A DNA stretch of 64,000 nt from Lytechinus pictus. Its lineage: Eukaryota. Below are positions 24,568 through 38,423 of the stretch, in pieces. Numbering within the stretch: the stretch's first letter is position 1; each line of letters begins with the position of its first letter. The stretch spans positions 992,001 to 1,056,000 of the forward strand of contig NC_087250.1 of assembly GCF_037042905.1 (NCBI RefSeq), given 5' to 3'. Position numbers and translations under genes: made by a program. The notes below the pieces were generated by a model. The model had not been told where the DNA came from, did not search any database, and saw nothing but the letters and a program-made list of their open reading frames with translations.

Positions 24568-24828
24568 AGGTTGTGAGGTCCAGTGGTTAGAGCATTGGAC
24601 TCATAATCGCAAGGTTGTGAGTTTGAATCCCTACTCTGCCATTGTCTCTACTTTGATAAAAAGGCCCGTGAGCAATATCTGTCGTCTATATAAGGTCAGC
24701 CACTATGACTGATTAACCTAGACGTAAAATGTTTCCTAGGTAATTGGTTATATACCAGCTTGGCGTTTACCAGCAAAAAATGCTGTCCTGCCGAGTTCCT
24801 ACGGGAGTTACCATAAACAGAAACAGAA
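24568..24828 (+). mobile_element. Second tRNA-derived SINE family
   Basis: tRNA-like head gtggttagagcattggactcataatcgcaaggttgtgagtttgaatccc with A/B boxes, unrelated body, (aaacag)n tail. Confidence 0.6.
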
Positions 24829-24976
24829 TTTTAAAAGAGATGACTCTATAAATTTATCTAAGCAAAACATTTAAAGAGGGTAAGAGAAAAATAGAGATAA
24901 AGTATGGGCAGTCTATAAAGAGAAAGATAATTTCATAATACTGATTTAATCTAACAATAGCAAGATAATTTAACGT

Positions 24977-25253
24977 AGGTGCGTCGTGATCTAGTGGTTC
25001 TCACTCTCGCCTTTGAAACAGAGGGTCGTGGGTTCAAATCCCAGCCACGGCGTGTTTTCCTTCAGCAAGAAATTTATCCACACTGTGCTGCACTTGACCC
25101 AGTTGAGGTGAATGGGTACCCGGCAGGAGTAATTCCTTGCATGCACTGAGCGCCGGTGATGGTAGCTCAAGCTAAAGCCGGGGAAATAATAGCAGCGCTT
25201 TGTATCCTCAGGCAAAAAGTGCTTTATAAATCCAGCTATTATTATTATCATAA
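24977..25253 (+). mobile_element. tRNA-derived SINE, same family as 5878-6140
   Basis: A box, B box ggttcaaatcc, shared body, (tta)n tail. Confidence 0.82.
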
Positions 25254-25605
25254 TATAGGAATAGGACAATTTCCAGAATACCACTCGCTATGCCTGAATG
25301 TTGATAAATTTTGTTAAGTCTGTAGTACATGTATATCTCCCGATGGAAATATTGCTGGGCGGGTGGGTGTAATATTGCATTGATGCAGGTCAGTAATCTG
25401 TTTGGTTCTGACTGACGACAAATAACATGATTCTGGTCTAATAGCATTCTAATACTATGTGTATGTGCATATCTTGCTAAATCTGATATGATCATAGTTC
25501 AATATAGGACCATTGTCGCTAAACATGATAATCATAATAATTTTAATAATCAATAACAGCAATAATTATGATAAAAATATTAAAATAATTTCAACAATAA
25601 CATGA

Positions 25606-25654
<49 letters not shown>
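25606..25654 (+). repeat. (TAC)n microsatellite
   Basis: About 16 perfect TAC units. Confidence 0.9.
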
Positions 25655-25657
<3 letters not shown>

Positions 25658-25989
25658 CATCTAATGTAATCTTAAAAGGGCTCTGCAGCCTATCTCGAAC
25701 ACAGACTACTACTACTACTACTACTGCTACTACTTGTAATAATAAAAACAATAACAATGATAAGAATAAGAATAATACTACCATTGAAAATATTAGTTAT
25801 AATAAAAATAATGATCAATAACAATAAAAGTAATAGTTTTACGAATGAACTATACAAATCAATACTGTGTACAGTTCATACACGATTTAATCTTATGAAA
25901 TAAAAATCTGCATCTAACATATCGCTCAAAAAATACAAATGTATGAACAGAGCTTATATTCTCTACTTAATTTGAGCATACAATACCAA

Positions 25990-26208
25990 TCATGTTCTCA
26001 CTTTGGTATTATTAGCAAACAAACTCCTAATCATAATGACCTGTATGATTAATGTTACTAACATAACTATGGTGTTGACAGATGACCAGAAATTCACACG
26101 TTCAAAGTTACGTTCTGTTAGATACCGGTCCCGGAACTCTATGTTGCGCCATTGTCGTTGGTGCGTCTGCGACTTACGTAGGTTGTCGCTCACAATATCT
26201 AATGATGT
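25990..26208 (-). CDS. TMED5: p24-gamma (TMED5/TMED1-like) exon 5: coiled coil, TM helix, cytosolic tail
   Basis: CAG acceptor; EFRDRYLTERNFERVNFWSSVN...IQVIMIRSLFANNTKVRT then stop, typical of the p24 C-terminus. TMED5 vs TMED1 orthology not resolved. Confidence 0.9.
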   Translation of the reverse strand, partial: TSLDIVSDNLRKSQTHQRQWRNIEFRDRYLTERNFERVNFWSSVNTIVMLVTLIIQVIMIRSLFANNTKVRT

Positions 26209-27076
26209 CTGCAAAAAATAAAAACAAAATATCATTTTACACCATGCAGGTTGTTTAACTCACACATCTTTAAAATTCTGCTTTCTACCCTCAAATTGGC
26301 ATCAGCTATATTTCTCTAATATGGTTTGATAACAACATGGATATAAAATGAACCACAGATGAAAGATAAACGATTGAAGTTGCCAACTGTATTTTAAAGC
26401 AGTGATTTTATTGTTTCATTTCATTTTAGGAAGTGCAATGATAAGCTTCACCTAAAAAAAACTTTTCCTAAGGAATTGCATCACACACACTAGATATGGT
26501 ATCATCTTCTGCTTATTCTTTCTTATCAAATGCAACCTTTCCTTTCTTGCTTTATCCTCTCATATTCAATCCAATGTTCATCTGTTGTTGTTTTTCTTTG
26601 TCAATATGACTCTTTGTACAATTAGAATAAAAAACAAATGCAAAAGGAGCAACCATGTATACAGATATCACTCATTTTATTATTGAGGCGAATTTGGTAG
26701 CTAATTGGCCCCAGTTCTAAGAATCTGAATATTCCATATTCTGGAACTCTGAAACCTGGGAGAAATTTCCAGAAAATAATGATTTAAAATGATAAAGTAA
26801 AACTGACAAAGAAATAACTTAAAATTTCATCAAATCAGACAAAGAATAAATATTAAGTTTATGACATCTTGAAGTTTCGCATTATTTTGGTGAAAAAGTT
26901 TCATGTAGCTGTATGCACATATTCAAGAACATGCAATGAGAAAGCTGATGATGTCATATACCCAGTGGCCACTTACTCTTTCGTATTTTATAATATGAAA
27001 TGCTTTTTATTCAAACTTAGTCCAACAAAAATAGGATAGAAAACTGATTTAGTGTGTAAGGTAATCATCGATACAA

Positions 27077-27305
27077 CTTCAATTCCCAGCCATAACGTAT
27101 TTTCCTTAAACAAGAAATTTATCCACATTGTGCTGCACTCAACCCAGGTGAGGTGAGTGGGTAACCGGTAGGAATAAAGTCCTTGAATGCTTGAGTGCTG
27201 AGCTAAAGCTGGGGGTAATAATAGCAGTGCCCTCTGGGAGAACAATTTGCGGAACTGAAGTGGCTACCCTTGATAAATACTATTATTATGATTAGTATTA
27301 TTATT
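27077..27305 (+). mobile_element. 5'-truncated SINE, same family as 5878-6140
   Basis: Shared body (tgtgctgcactcaacccaggtgaggtga) and (tta)n tail. Confidence 0.7.
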
Positions 27306-28179
27306 ACTTTAAGGGAGACATACATGTCATACACACATGTATGAAAATATGAAATAATTACGATTTCATGTAATAACATAATATGAGGACATGGAACCAT
27401 CAGACCACATATGCAAAATTGAAAATTCAATAACATTGTTATTTTTTATCAAATTTTGTTGAAATTTTAAGTATTTTGCTCAGTAACTTTTACTGTATTT
27501 ATTTAGATATAATTATTATCAGCCCGGAGCACCCCTAAAATTCTGATCTAAGGTTGTAGTGTATCTGTGGCTAATCAACTGTGACAAACATCTCTAACAA
27601 TATGTGATCAATTTAACAGCTCATTTAACAATAAATTCATCCATATAACTGTTTGGGAATAATAGTAAACCCAGTTTCCTTCACTATTAAGGTACAGTAT
27701 GTAAGATGAAAAAGCACAGGAAACGGAAACAAAACAATATAAACAATAAAATGAGGTTTCCCGTAATTTTAGAATGGAGTAAAGACCATGGTCTATTAAG
27801 TTAAACTCAACTTCAGAAAATAGGTCTTAGGGAATTAGTTTAACTTACTATGGAAGATTGACTTGGCGCATAGTGACAGATTCATAATAATCTTGGATAC
27901 CAGCATAATTCCACGGCAGTTAGAGATGTAGAAAAACCATCAAATGTAATTACTAACTTTTATGATCATTATTTATGTATGTACAAATATTGGAATATGG
28001 AGAATTTTCAGATTTTGTGCAATTAATAGAACAGGCAAATTATGCATACCAAAATGAAGCACTAAAAGCCGTGTGTCTAGAAGAATTATTGCACACTTTA
28101 TATTAACAACACTGTAAACGATGAAGTATTCTGGAAATTAAAAATCATAATGATAATTTTTTTATGCCTGATATCTTAC

Positions 28180-28299
28180 TTGAATCTCCTCCATGGTAAT
28201 CTCAACCTCTTCGTTTCTATTAGCAACCGCATCCATCCATTTAGGAACATCAGATTCTCCTTCATCCTCATAGTCTAACGCTAAGTCAAAATAAACAAT
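28180..28299 (-). CDS. TMED5: TMED5-like exon 4
   Basis: CAG acceptor / GTAAG donor, 120 nt; IVYFDLALDYEDEGESDVPKW...EEIQ continues the GOLD-domain end in frame. Confidence 0.85.
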
Positions 28300-28969
28300 C
28301 TGTGAAGGATAAAAAGAATTTATAAACTCAAATAATGCTAGGGTATATTTACAGATAAGGTGTGATGATAATAATTATGATGGTAATGATGTTAACAATG
28401 ATGATGTGTATGGTGGTGACAATGATGACCAAGATGATGATCATAATGATGCTGCTGCTGCTGATATTGATGATGATGGTGATGATGATGAATAACCTAC
28501 TTGAATTCAAGTCATTTGACACCCAAACCATTAGTATTATCTTCTGCTCTTTGAATTTGGAATATTACAACCTATTCTTACATTTTGAAATGCAGCTACA
28601 AGCTTACCAAACGTTTGCCAGAATGAATAACAAGTGCATATGCAGCCTTGATCCCAACTAATTCACCTCATTCATTATTAAAAGGTGAAAGGAATATGGT
28701 TCTCAGGAAAAAAAACCCCATTATACAAATTGAAATTGAATCTGTAAAGAGGCCTATAATATATTTATGAATTAATTTTGTTTAAGGCTACAGTTGCTTC
28801 TTCAATACATGAATAATAATACAATAAAAAAACACCACACAAATCAAAGATAAAATGTATACTTTCAAACACTTTTCTTTGTTATTACACCACCGATCAC
28901 TGAAGGTTTCAGGACAGTAAGATCAATTCAGAGTAATTCCCGGCTATGATTTGTATATCCATTTCTATC

Positions 28970-30860
28970 ATAGTTTCAAAGCTCTAAACATTATTTTAAA
29001 TCACTATCTTTTCACATACATAGTTTCAAAGCTCTATACATTATTTTAAATCACTATCTTTTCACATACATAGAACTTTTCAAAGCTCTATACATTATTT
29101 TAAATCACTATCTTTTCACATACATAGTTTCAAAGCTCTATACATTATTTTAAATCACTATCTTTTCACATACATAGTTTCAAAGCTCTATACATTATTT
29201 TAAATCACTATCTTTTCACATACATAGTTTCAAAGCTCTATACATTATTTTAAATCACTATCTTTTCACATACATAGTTTCAAAGCTCTATACATTATTT
29301 TAAATCACTATCTTTTCACATACATAGTTTCAAAGCTCTATACATTATTTTAAATCACTATCTTTTCACATACATAGTTTCAAAGCTCTATACATTATTT
29401 TAAATCACTATCTTTTCACATACATAGTTTCAAAGCTCTATACATTATTTTAAATCACTATCTTTTCACATACATAGTTTCAAAGCTCTATACATTATTT
29501 TAAATCACTATCTTTTCACATACATAGTTTCAAAGCTCTATACATTATTTTAAATCACTATCTTTTCACATACATAGTTTCAAAGCTCTATACATTAATT
29601 TAAATCACTATCTTTTCACATACATAGTTTCAAAGCTCTATACATTATTTTAAATCACTATCTTTTCACATACATAGTTTCAAAGCTCTATACATTATTT
29701 TAAATCACTATCTTTTCACATACATAGTTTCAAAGCTCTATACATCATTTTAAATCACTATCTTTTCACATACATAGTTTCAAAGCTCTATACATTATTT
29801 TAAATCACTATCTTTTCACATACATAGTTTCAAAGCTCTATACATTATTTTAAATCACTATCTTTTCACATACAGTTTCAAAGCTCTATACATTATTTTA
29901 AATCACTATCTTTTCACATACATAGTTTCAAAGCTCTATACATTATTTTAAATCACTATCTTTTCACATACATAGTTTCAAAGCTCTATACATTATTTTA
30001 AATCACTATCTTTTCACATACATAGTTTCAAAGCTCTATACATTATTTTAAATCACTATCTTTTCACATACATAGTTTCAAAGCTCTATACATTATTTTA
30101 AATCACTATCTTTTCACATACATAGTTTCAAAGCTCTATACATTATTTTAAATCACTATCTTTTCACATACATAGTTTCAAAGCTCTATATACATTATTT
30201 TAAATCACTATCTTTTCACATACATAGTTTCAAAGCTCTATACATTATTTTAAATCACTATCTTTTCACATACATAGTTTCAAAGCTCTATACATTATTT
30301 TAAATCACTATCTTTTCACATACATAGTTTCAAAGCTCTATATACATTATTTTAAATCACTATCTTTTCACATACATAGTTTCAAAGCTCTATACATTAT
30401 TTTAAATCACTATCTTTTCACATACATAGTTTCAAAGCTCTATACATTATTTTAAATCACTATCTTTTCACATACATAGTTTCAAAGCTCTATACATTAT
30501 TTTAAATCACTATCTTTTCACATACATAGTTTCAAAGCTCTATACATTATTTTAAATCACTATCTTTTCACATACATAGTTTCAAAGCTCTATACATTAT
30601 TTTAAATCACTATCTTTTCACATACATAGTTTCAAAGCTCTATACATTATTTTAAATCACTATCTTTTCACATACATAGTTTCAAAGCTCTATACATTAT
30701 TTTAAATCACTATCTTTTCACATACATAGTTTCAAAGCTCTATACATTATTTTAAATCACTATCTTTTCACATACATAGTTTCAAAGCTCTATACATTAT
30801 TTTAAATCACTATCTTTTCACATACATAGTTTCAAGGCTCTATATATTATTTTAAATTAT
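28970..30860 (+). repeat. 50-bp AT-rich minisatellite (~38 copies) in TMED intron 3
   Basis: Unit atagtttcaaagctctatacattattttaaatcactatcttttcacatac. Confidence 0.97.
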
Positions 30861-31460
30861 CTTAATAGATCTTTTCACATGTAGTTCATAGCAAAGGTAT
30901 CTCATAACAGAATTCAATTCTTTTATGCCACGTGTGAAATCACCAGCTGAGGAATACACTGTTTACACAGCTCTGCACAGATTGATTAATATTGACATTA
31001 TACAGCAGCCAGACAAGATTAAATAATACATGGAGCAATGCATTGAGTAAATCAACCTATACCATGTAATACAAATCTTAACCAAACAAGTTAAAACAAA
31101 ATCCTAAGAAAATAATGCACTTTTACAAAATTGCTATCTAAAAAGTAAAATTTCGATAAAACTTGGCAGCCATGACTTACATTGAGATGCTATTTGCAAC
31201 ATGTTCAGATTATCAGGAGCAAGATGAACTATTCTGGCAATATCATAAACCAGAATACATGTAGCCCATCATCTAGTGAGCAGTTGAAGAGATAGTCATA
31301 TTTACAGCTGATGGGGGAACTAATCTCACATGATGTCAATATCATAACTTTTTAAATTCATATCTCTGGCATTCTTTGTATTTTCATCCCTTTAAAGTTT
31401 TTGTTTTTCATGAGACTAACTTGACATACGTGTAGGTTGGATAAGAAAAGAATGACAAAC

Positions 31461-31530
31461 CTTTTCTGACATTCGACTGAAGGAATTATCAAAACACATG
31501 AGGTAGTCCCCTGTCTCTTGTAAATTAAAT
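31461..31530 (-). CDS. TMED5: TMED5-like exon 3 (GOLD domain)
   Basis: Poly-T + CAG acceptor, GT donor; FNLQETGDYLMCFDNSFSRMSEK carries the p24 GDY..CFDN.FS...K motif. Confidence 0.93.
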
Positions 31531-31665
31531 CTGAAAAAAAAAAAAGGAATGATATTATCCAGTTCTTGTTTTATCACATTCAATATAATGCCACTATGTG
31601 TATCAAAAGGGACTTGGATATTATCACCCTGGCGTTAATGTGCAGCAAGCCTTTTACAGCGCAAA

Positions 31666-34600
31666 TAGTCCGGGTTTATATAATTGAGCAAGGTGCCACT
31701 CGGAGGAGAAATTTTCATATAGTGCTTCTAGACCAGTTTCTTACGCTGAATATGAATACATGAGGTAAACAGGCTGCACCTTGAAAATTAACCTGTGAGG
31801 GCGCTTTTTCAAAATGGCCGCCAAATTTTCATAAAATTTGAATATTCGTACATAGATTTTGGCATAAGCATTCAATTGCCATAAAATCAGTGTCTTATGA
31901 AAGCCAATTAAATTTCCTACAATTTGGTACTATTTATATGGTATAAGTAGGTCATTTGGCTGAGATTTTAAGTAGAAAAATGCATTTTTTTTAATTTTTC
32001 CCAAAAATTGAAAATTTTGCAAATACATGATTTTACATAAATCTGAGAAAAATAAATCAATTACCTTGAAATGTTCCAGAAAACTTTATTGATATACTAT
32101 TATCATGTTGATGAAATTCCAACTCTGTATCATTTTTTAAAGCAAATTTATAGGGTATCAAACTTGAGTTCTTCAATATCAGAAATGTTGCTTTTTGTAT
32201 GCATTTCCATAGACTATTTAATACGTATTTATAACATGTATAATATGTATAATGTATACCGGTAGTTGAAAATTAAATGCATTGTGCAATTATCTCCGCT
32301 TTTTAACTACATGTACTTGGAGAGTTAAGAGTAGGCTTTTCTTTATCAGCCACATAAAAAAAATGTTGGTACATCAAGGCCTGACCCTCTCATGGGGGTG
32401 GGGTGTCGAAGTCACCCCCCCCCCTGCCCTTTGCTATATCATGTTGTTGTATATTGCCTATTTGCACCCATGGAGGCAAAAACAGGCAATTCTGCTACAC
32501 AGTACAGCCACTTTGATTGCTTTGAAACCACTCGGAGAGGAAAGAGTAGGCTTTGTTCTACCAGCTACATCTAAAGAAGTGGCACATCGAAGCCTACCCC
32601 TCTCGGGGGGGGGGGAGCTTTTGCTTAATATTGCCAATTCATTTAAAAATCCACAATTTCGGACCCAACATTGAGGCCAAAAAGCGTTTGTGCTTTGTTA
32701 TACACCCCATTTTATTGATTTGAAACCACTTAGAGGAAAGAATAGAGTTTGTTCTACCAACTACATATAAATAAGCGCTGGCACATCGAACCCTAGCCCT
32801 CTCAGGGGCTGTCTAAGTCACCCTCCTCTATATCATGTATATTGCCTATTTAATTGGATATTTCACCATTTTGGATCACCCATTGAGGCAAAAGGGCGTT
32901 TCTGCTACATAGTACAGCAAATTTTATTTTCTTGCTTTGACTTGAAGAGGAAAGAGTAGACTTTGCCCTATTAGCTCCATATAAAGAAGTGTTGGCAAAT
33001 CGAAGCCTATCTCCTTCAGGCGGCTGTAAAAGTTACCCCACTAATTTTCGGTATTTGGCTACTTGTTGAAAATTCACCATTTTGGAGCCCCCATTGAAGC
33101 AAAAAGGCGTCTTTGATATATAGTTCTGCCCCTTTTATTGCCTTGAAACCGCTTAGAGAGGAAAGAATAAGCTTTGCTCTATCAGCTATAAAGATGTCCT
33201 GGCAAATAAAAGCCTACCCCCTTCTGGGGGCTGTCGAAATCACCCCCTTCCCCTTTGCATTAGTGCCTATTTATTGGAAAATTCACAATTTTTTTGCCCC
33301 CATTGAGGTAAAAAGGCAACTCTGATATATAGTTCTGCCACTTTTACTGCCTTGAAACCAATTGAGGAAAGAATATGCTTTGCTCTATCAGCTACCTATA
33401 AAGAAGTGCTGGCACAATGAAGCTTACCCATCTGGGCGGCTGTCAAACCATCCCATTCCTTTTGCAATATTGCCTAATTATTTGAAAATTCACAATTTTT
33501 GAGCCCCCATTGGGGCAATATACACAGTCACTTCTGCTGTATAAAAAACCTGATTTCATTTTCTTGAAACCATTTGGAGAGGAAAGAGTAGGTTCCCCTC
33601 TTTCAGCTACATATGTCGAATTGCTGCCATATCGAAGCCTGACCCACTTCAGGGGACTATAGATGTTACCCCACCTTTTTTACGATTTTTGCCATTTCAT
33701 TGGAAAACTCCTCATTTTGGAGCCCCCATTTAGGCAAAAAAGGTGTTTCTGGTATATAGTAGAGCCACTTCTTTATATATAGCTGATAGAGGAGTGCCTA
33801 CTCTTTCCTCTCCAAGTAGTTTCAAGGCGGTAATAGTGGCAGAACTATATATCAGAACCGCCATTTTGCCTCAATGGGGGCTCCAAAATGGTGAATTTTC
33901 CAATACATAAGCAATAATATAAAACGGGTGGGGTGATTTCAACAGCCCTCTGATGGGGATATGCTTTTATTTTCCAGCATGTCTTTATATGTAGCTGTTA
34001 ATGCAAAGCCTATATTCTTTTCTCTCCAAGTGGTTTCAAGGGTGAAAAAAGGCAGAACTATATATCAGAAATGCCCTTTTGCCTCAATGGGGGCTCCAAA
34101 ATGGTGAATTTCAAGGGGGGGGGTAATTTCGACAGTCCCCTGAAGGGAGTAGGCTGTTATTTGCCAGCACATCTTTATATGTAGCTGATAGAGCAAAGCC
34201 TATTCTTTGCTCTCCAATTGGTTTCAAGGTAGTAAAAAAAGGCAGAATTACAATCAGAAATGACTTTTTGCCTCAATGGGGGCTTCAAAATTATGATTTT
34301 TTTTCAATAAATAGGCAATTATGCAAAAGGGATGGGGTAATTTCGACAGCCTCTCGGAGGGGGTAGGCTTTTATTTGCCAGCACCTCTTTATATGTGGCT
34401 GATAAAGCAAAACCTATTCTTTCCTCCCTAAGTGGTTTCAAGGCAGTAAAAGTGGTAGAACTATATATTAGAACGCCTTTTTGCATAAATGGGGGCTTCA
34501 AAATTGTTAATTTTTCAATATATATGCAATAATGCAAAAGGGATGGGGTGATTTTAACTGCATTCCGGAGGGGGTAGGCTTTCATTTGCCAGCACTTTTT

Positions 34601-36145
34601 TATATGTAGCTGATAGAGCAAAGCCTACTCTTTCCTATCCAAGTCATTGCAAGAAAATAAAATCGACTGTACTATATAGTAGAAATGCCCTTTTGCCTCA
34701 ATGGGTGATTCAATATGGTGTAATTTCCAATAATATGCAATAAACATAATATAGAGGGGGAGAGGTTGACTAAGACAGCCCCTGAGAGGGCTAGGTTTCG
34801 ATGTGCAAGCGCTTCTTAATAATATGTAGCTGATAGACCAAAGCCCACGCTTTCCTCTCCAATTAATAGCAAGAAAATAAAATTGGCTGTATGATATACT
34901 GTAGTAGAAATGCCCTTATGCCTCAATGGGTGATCCAAAATGGTGAAATTTCCAATAAATAGGCAATATACATGATATAGAGGGGGGTGACTTAGACAGC
35001 ACCTTAGAGGGCTAGGGTTCGATGTGATTGCGCTTATTTATGTAGCTGGTAGAACGAACTCTACCCTTTCAAATCAATAAAATGGGGTGTACTATAAAGC
35101 ACAAACGCTTTTTTTGCCTCAATGTTGGGTCCAAAATGGTGAATTTCAAAATAAATTAGCAATAAGCGAAAGGGGGAAGGGTGACTTCCACAGCCCCCCC
35201 CCCCCCCCGAGAGGGGTAGGCTTCGATGTGCTACTTCTTTTTATGTAGCTGGTAGAACAAAACCTACTCTTTTCCTCTCCAAGTGGTTTTAAAGTAATTA
35301 AAGTGGCTGTACTGTATAACAGAAATGCCTTTTGCCTCAATGTGTGCTTCAAAAAAATTCCAGTGATTTTCCAATAAATAGGCAATTTACAACAAACATG
35401 ATATAGCCACGGGGGGGGGGGGGGGGGGGACTTCGACACCCCCACCCCCTGATAATGTTAGGCTTCGATGTGCCAACATTTTGTTTTATGTAGCTGATAG
35501 AGAAAAACCTACTCTTAACTCTGCAAGTGATTAAACTAGCGGAGATAATTGCATTTAAGTTTTAACTATACATTATACATGTTATACGTATTAATGTATG
35601 AAAATGCATACAAAAAGCGACATTTCTGAAATTGAAGTATTCAAGTTTGATACCTTATAAATTTGCTAAAAAGAATGATACAGATTTAGAATTTCATCCA
35701 CATGATAATAGTATATCAATAAAGTTTTCTGGAACATTTCAAGGTAATTGATTCATTTTTCTTAGAATTATGTAAGATCATGTATTTGCAAAATTTTTAA
35801 TTTTTGGGAATTTTTTTTTTACAAAAAATGCATTTTTCTACTAAAAATCTCAGCCAAATGACCTACTTATTCTCTATAAATAGTACCAAATTGTAGGGAA
35901 TTTATTTGGCTTTTATATGACACTAATTTTATGGCAATTGAATGCTTATGTCAAAATCTATGTACGAATATTCAAATTTTATGAAAATTTGGTGGCCATT
36001 TTGAAAAAAGCGCCCTCACAGGTCAATTTTCAGGATACAGCCTGTTTACCTCATATATTCATATTCAGCGTAAAAAACTGGTCTCGTGCCACTATATGAA
36101 AATTTCTCCTCCGAGTGGCACCTTGCTCAATTATAACCCGGACTA
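31666..36145. mobile_element. 4.5-kb non-autonomous fold-back DNA transposon (TAG...CTA termini, Academ-like)
   Basis: Long diverged inverted arms starting tagtccggg / cccggacta, AAA on both flanks, internal ~180-190-bp subrepeats that flip orientation near 33775; no transposase ORF. Confidence 0.8.
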
Positions 36146-36611
36146 AAAAGCATTTTACAGGAATGAATTATTATATTGTATTTGTGCCTTTTTACATTGG
36201 TCAAATAAATATTACTACTACTACTACTATTACTACTACTACTACTACGACTACTACTACTACTACTANNNNNNNNNNNNNNNNNNNNNNNNNNNNNNNN
36301 NNNNNNNNNNNNNNNNNNNNNNNNNNNNNNNNNNNNNNNNNNNNNNNNNNNNNNNNNNNNNNNNNNNNNNNNNNNNNNNNNNNNNNNNNNNNNNNNNNNN
36401 NNNNNNNNNNNNNNNNNNNNNNNNNNNNNNNNNNNNNNNNNNNNNNNNNNNNNNNNNNNNNNNNNNNNNNNNNNNNNNNNNNNNNNNNNNNNNNNNNNNN
36501 NNNNNNNNNNNNNNNNNNNNNNNNNNNNNNNNNNNNNNNNNNNNNNNNNNNNNNNNNNNNNNNNNNNNNNNNNNNNNNNNNNNNNNNNNNNNNNNNNNNN
36601 NNNNNNNNNTA

Positions 36612-37450
36612 GGGGAAGGCGGGGTAAGTTGTGACACTTTTTGCATTTTGCATGTTAGTATTGATAGACTAATAATATTGTAGAAATAAGTACCTAGCCG
36701 TTAGATTTGATTCTTGGGAAATATTTTTCACCTATATAACTTTCTACCCCAACACTGAAAGTCATTGTGACCTTTGAAAAAAACGATGTCAAATGGCTCA
36801 ACTTGCCTCTGTAGGGTAAGTTGTGCCACCTTCTTGGGTAAGTTGAGCCACAAAAACTATGTAGAAAATGTATGCGGGAAGAACCAGCATGTCATTTTTT
36901 TAATTAAAGTATTTTCACTTGCTAATTCTCTATAAATACTAACATCCTCTAAAAGTAAAAGAACTGTCATGTGAATTTGCTCCTTTCTGCCTGCTCATCA
37001 ATGGCTTTTAAGGTGTTTTTTTTGGTATACTACGTTACCATAAGAATTACTATGGCTTAACTCGCCCCATGGTGGCTGGCTCAAATTACCACTGTCCGAA
37101 CTTCATGCGATTTTTTTTACATCCACACATTTCTTAGGCATCCATCATGTAAAAGACTATGACAAGAATGAGAATCAATACCTGGACTAACAATATTGAT
37201 CTTATTTCTTGATTATATTCAAAGATGTGTGCGGGTAAATAGAACTTATCTATTACTTTTTTGGCTGAAATTTGTATTTTTCCCTCTAAAAAATTACTTT
37301 TAATTCCAAAGTTGAAAACAATGTGGTGGGGTTAAGTGTTATGTAATTGGTCATCAATACATGACACCAGCACAATGTCTGACTCATTCATTATTGGCCT
37401 AGGGGTAGTGGCTCAACTTACCCCTATGCTCAACTTACCCCGCCTTCCCC
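36612..37450. mobile_element. TA-flanked MITE next to a (TAC)n tract and an assembly gap
   Basis: 20-bp TIR ggggaaggcggggtaagttg / caacttaccccgccttcccc, TA on both sides, subterminal repeats of ggtaagttg. Confidence 0.8.
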
Positions 37451-37676
37451 TACTACTACTACATGTACTAACAATAATAATAATTCCTGCCACGTACCTA
37501 CTGACCTAAGCTGGGTTGAGTGCAGACTGCAAAACAATTTCTGTGGATCAATTTCTTGAAGGAAATTAAACCATTGAGTTACTATCCAATTAATTAAAGG
37601 AAATAGCATTTGCAAATAGCTTATTCTCATCAATGTGTTGGGGTAGACTTCCCCTTTCAATACTCCTTAATACAAT

Positions 37677-37990
37677 GGCCCGTATTCTGAAGTCGGGTTT
37701 AACTTAAACTCAGGTTTAAAGTTGTGGTTTAAGTATGGATAGCCAATTGTTACATAAATCACTAACGGTAGAGATATCATATTTCAGCTCATTTGGCACT
37801 CAAATCATTCATAATTGTCTAGGAAGTATAAATGGATGATTGTCTTTACCATCGATGAATCAAGAAAGAGCACAGCAAACATAAGAAACATACAACTTAA
37901 TAAAAATTTTGAGACTTTTGGCTTGCCATAATTTAATTTAGCACAGAGTTAGACCATGGTCTATGTAAACCTGACTTCAGAATACCGGCC
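37677..37990. mobile_element. Harbinger-like MITE with AAT duplication
   Basis: TIR ggcccgtattctgaagtcgggttt / aaacctgacttcagaataccggcc; AAT on both sides. Confidence 0.8.
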
Positions 37991-38008
37991 AATGACATCA
38001 TTACTCAC

Positions 38009-38106
38009 GAATAAATTCCATCTTGTTTTCTTGCTTCTGTTGCTAAAGCTTTGTTGGTTGGTGAACGTAAAATAAAATTAATGTCTAAATCTCCTCCTTC
38101 CAATAC
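38009..38106 (-). CDS. TMED5: TMED5-like exon 2 (GOLD domain)
   Basis: TTTCAG acceptor, GTGAGT donor; VLEGGDLDINFILRSPTNKALATEARKQDGIY matches the p24 motif VL.G..LDI.F...SP. Confidence 0.93.
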
Positions 38107-38423
38107 CTGAAATAAAAAATAATTTAATTTAGGCAGTTCTCTCAAAAAACATAAACAAAAAAGGCTGAATTGAGAGGTGATTATGAAGTGAAGGGAATCC
38201 AACCTAAGTCATAAATGAGAAGAGCAAAAGAAGTAAAACAGTATGGTCAAAATTTGAGAGACATCGGACAAATAAATAAAGATGTTATTATTTCACAAAT
38301 ACTAAAATTTAGTATGTGATTCTAAATAATTAATAGTATTATACTTATTACTTATAATCACGTATTATGTTTGTGAAATAATAATTTTTATCTATAAATT
38401 GTTCTTCAAAACGGCATCACTAA

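Noticed and set aside
24568-24645. tRNA-Met-like sequence
   Set aside because: Degenerate stems and continuation into a repeat body with a simple-repeat tail indicate a SINE head.
28349-28661. Met/Ile-rich ORFs (also 62938-63132)
   Set aside because: Translations of (ATG/ATA)n low-complexity tracts.
3051-30860. Regular arrays (50, 32 and 50 bp) as possible CRISPR arrays
   Set aside because: Head-to-tail repeats with no unique spacers, no cas genes, and a eukaryotic intron-containing context.
36115-36653. ORFs containing X runs (also 55386-55649)
   Set aside because: They span assembly gaps and microsatellites.
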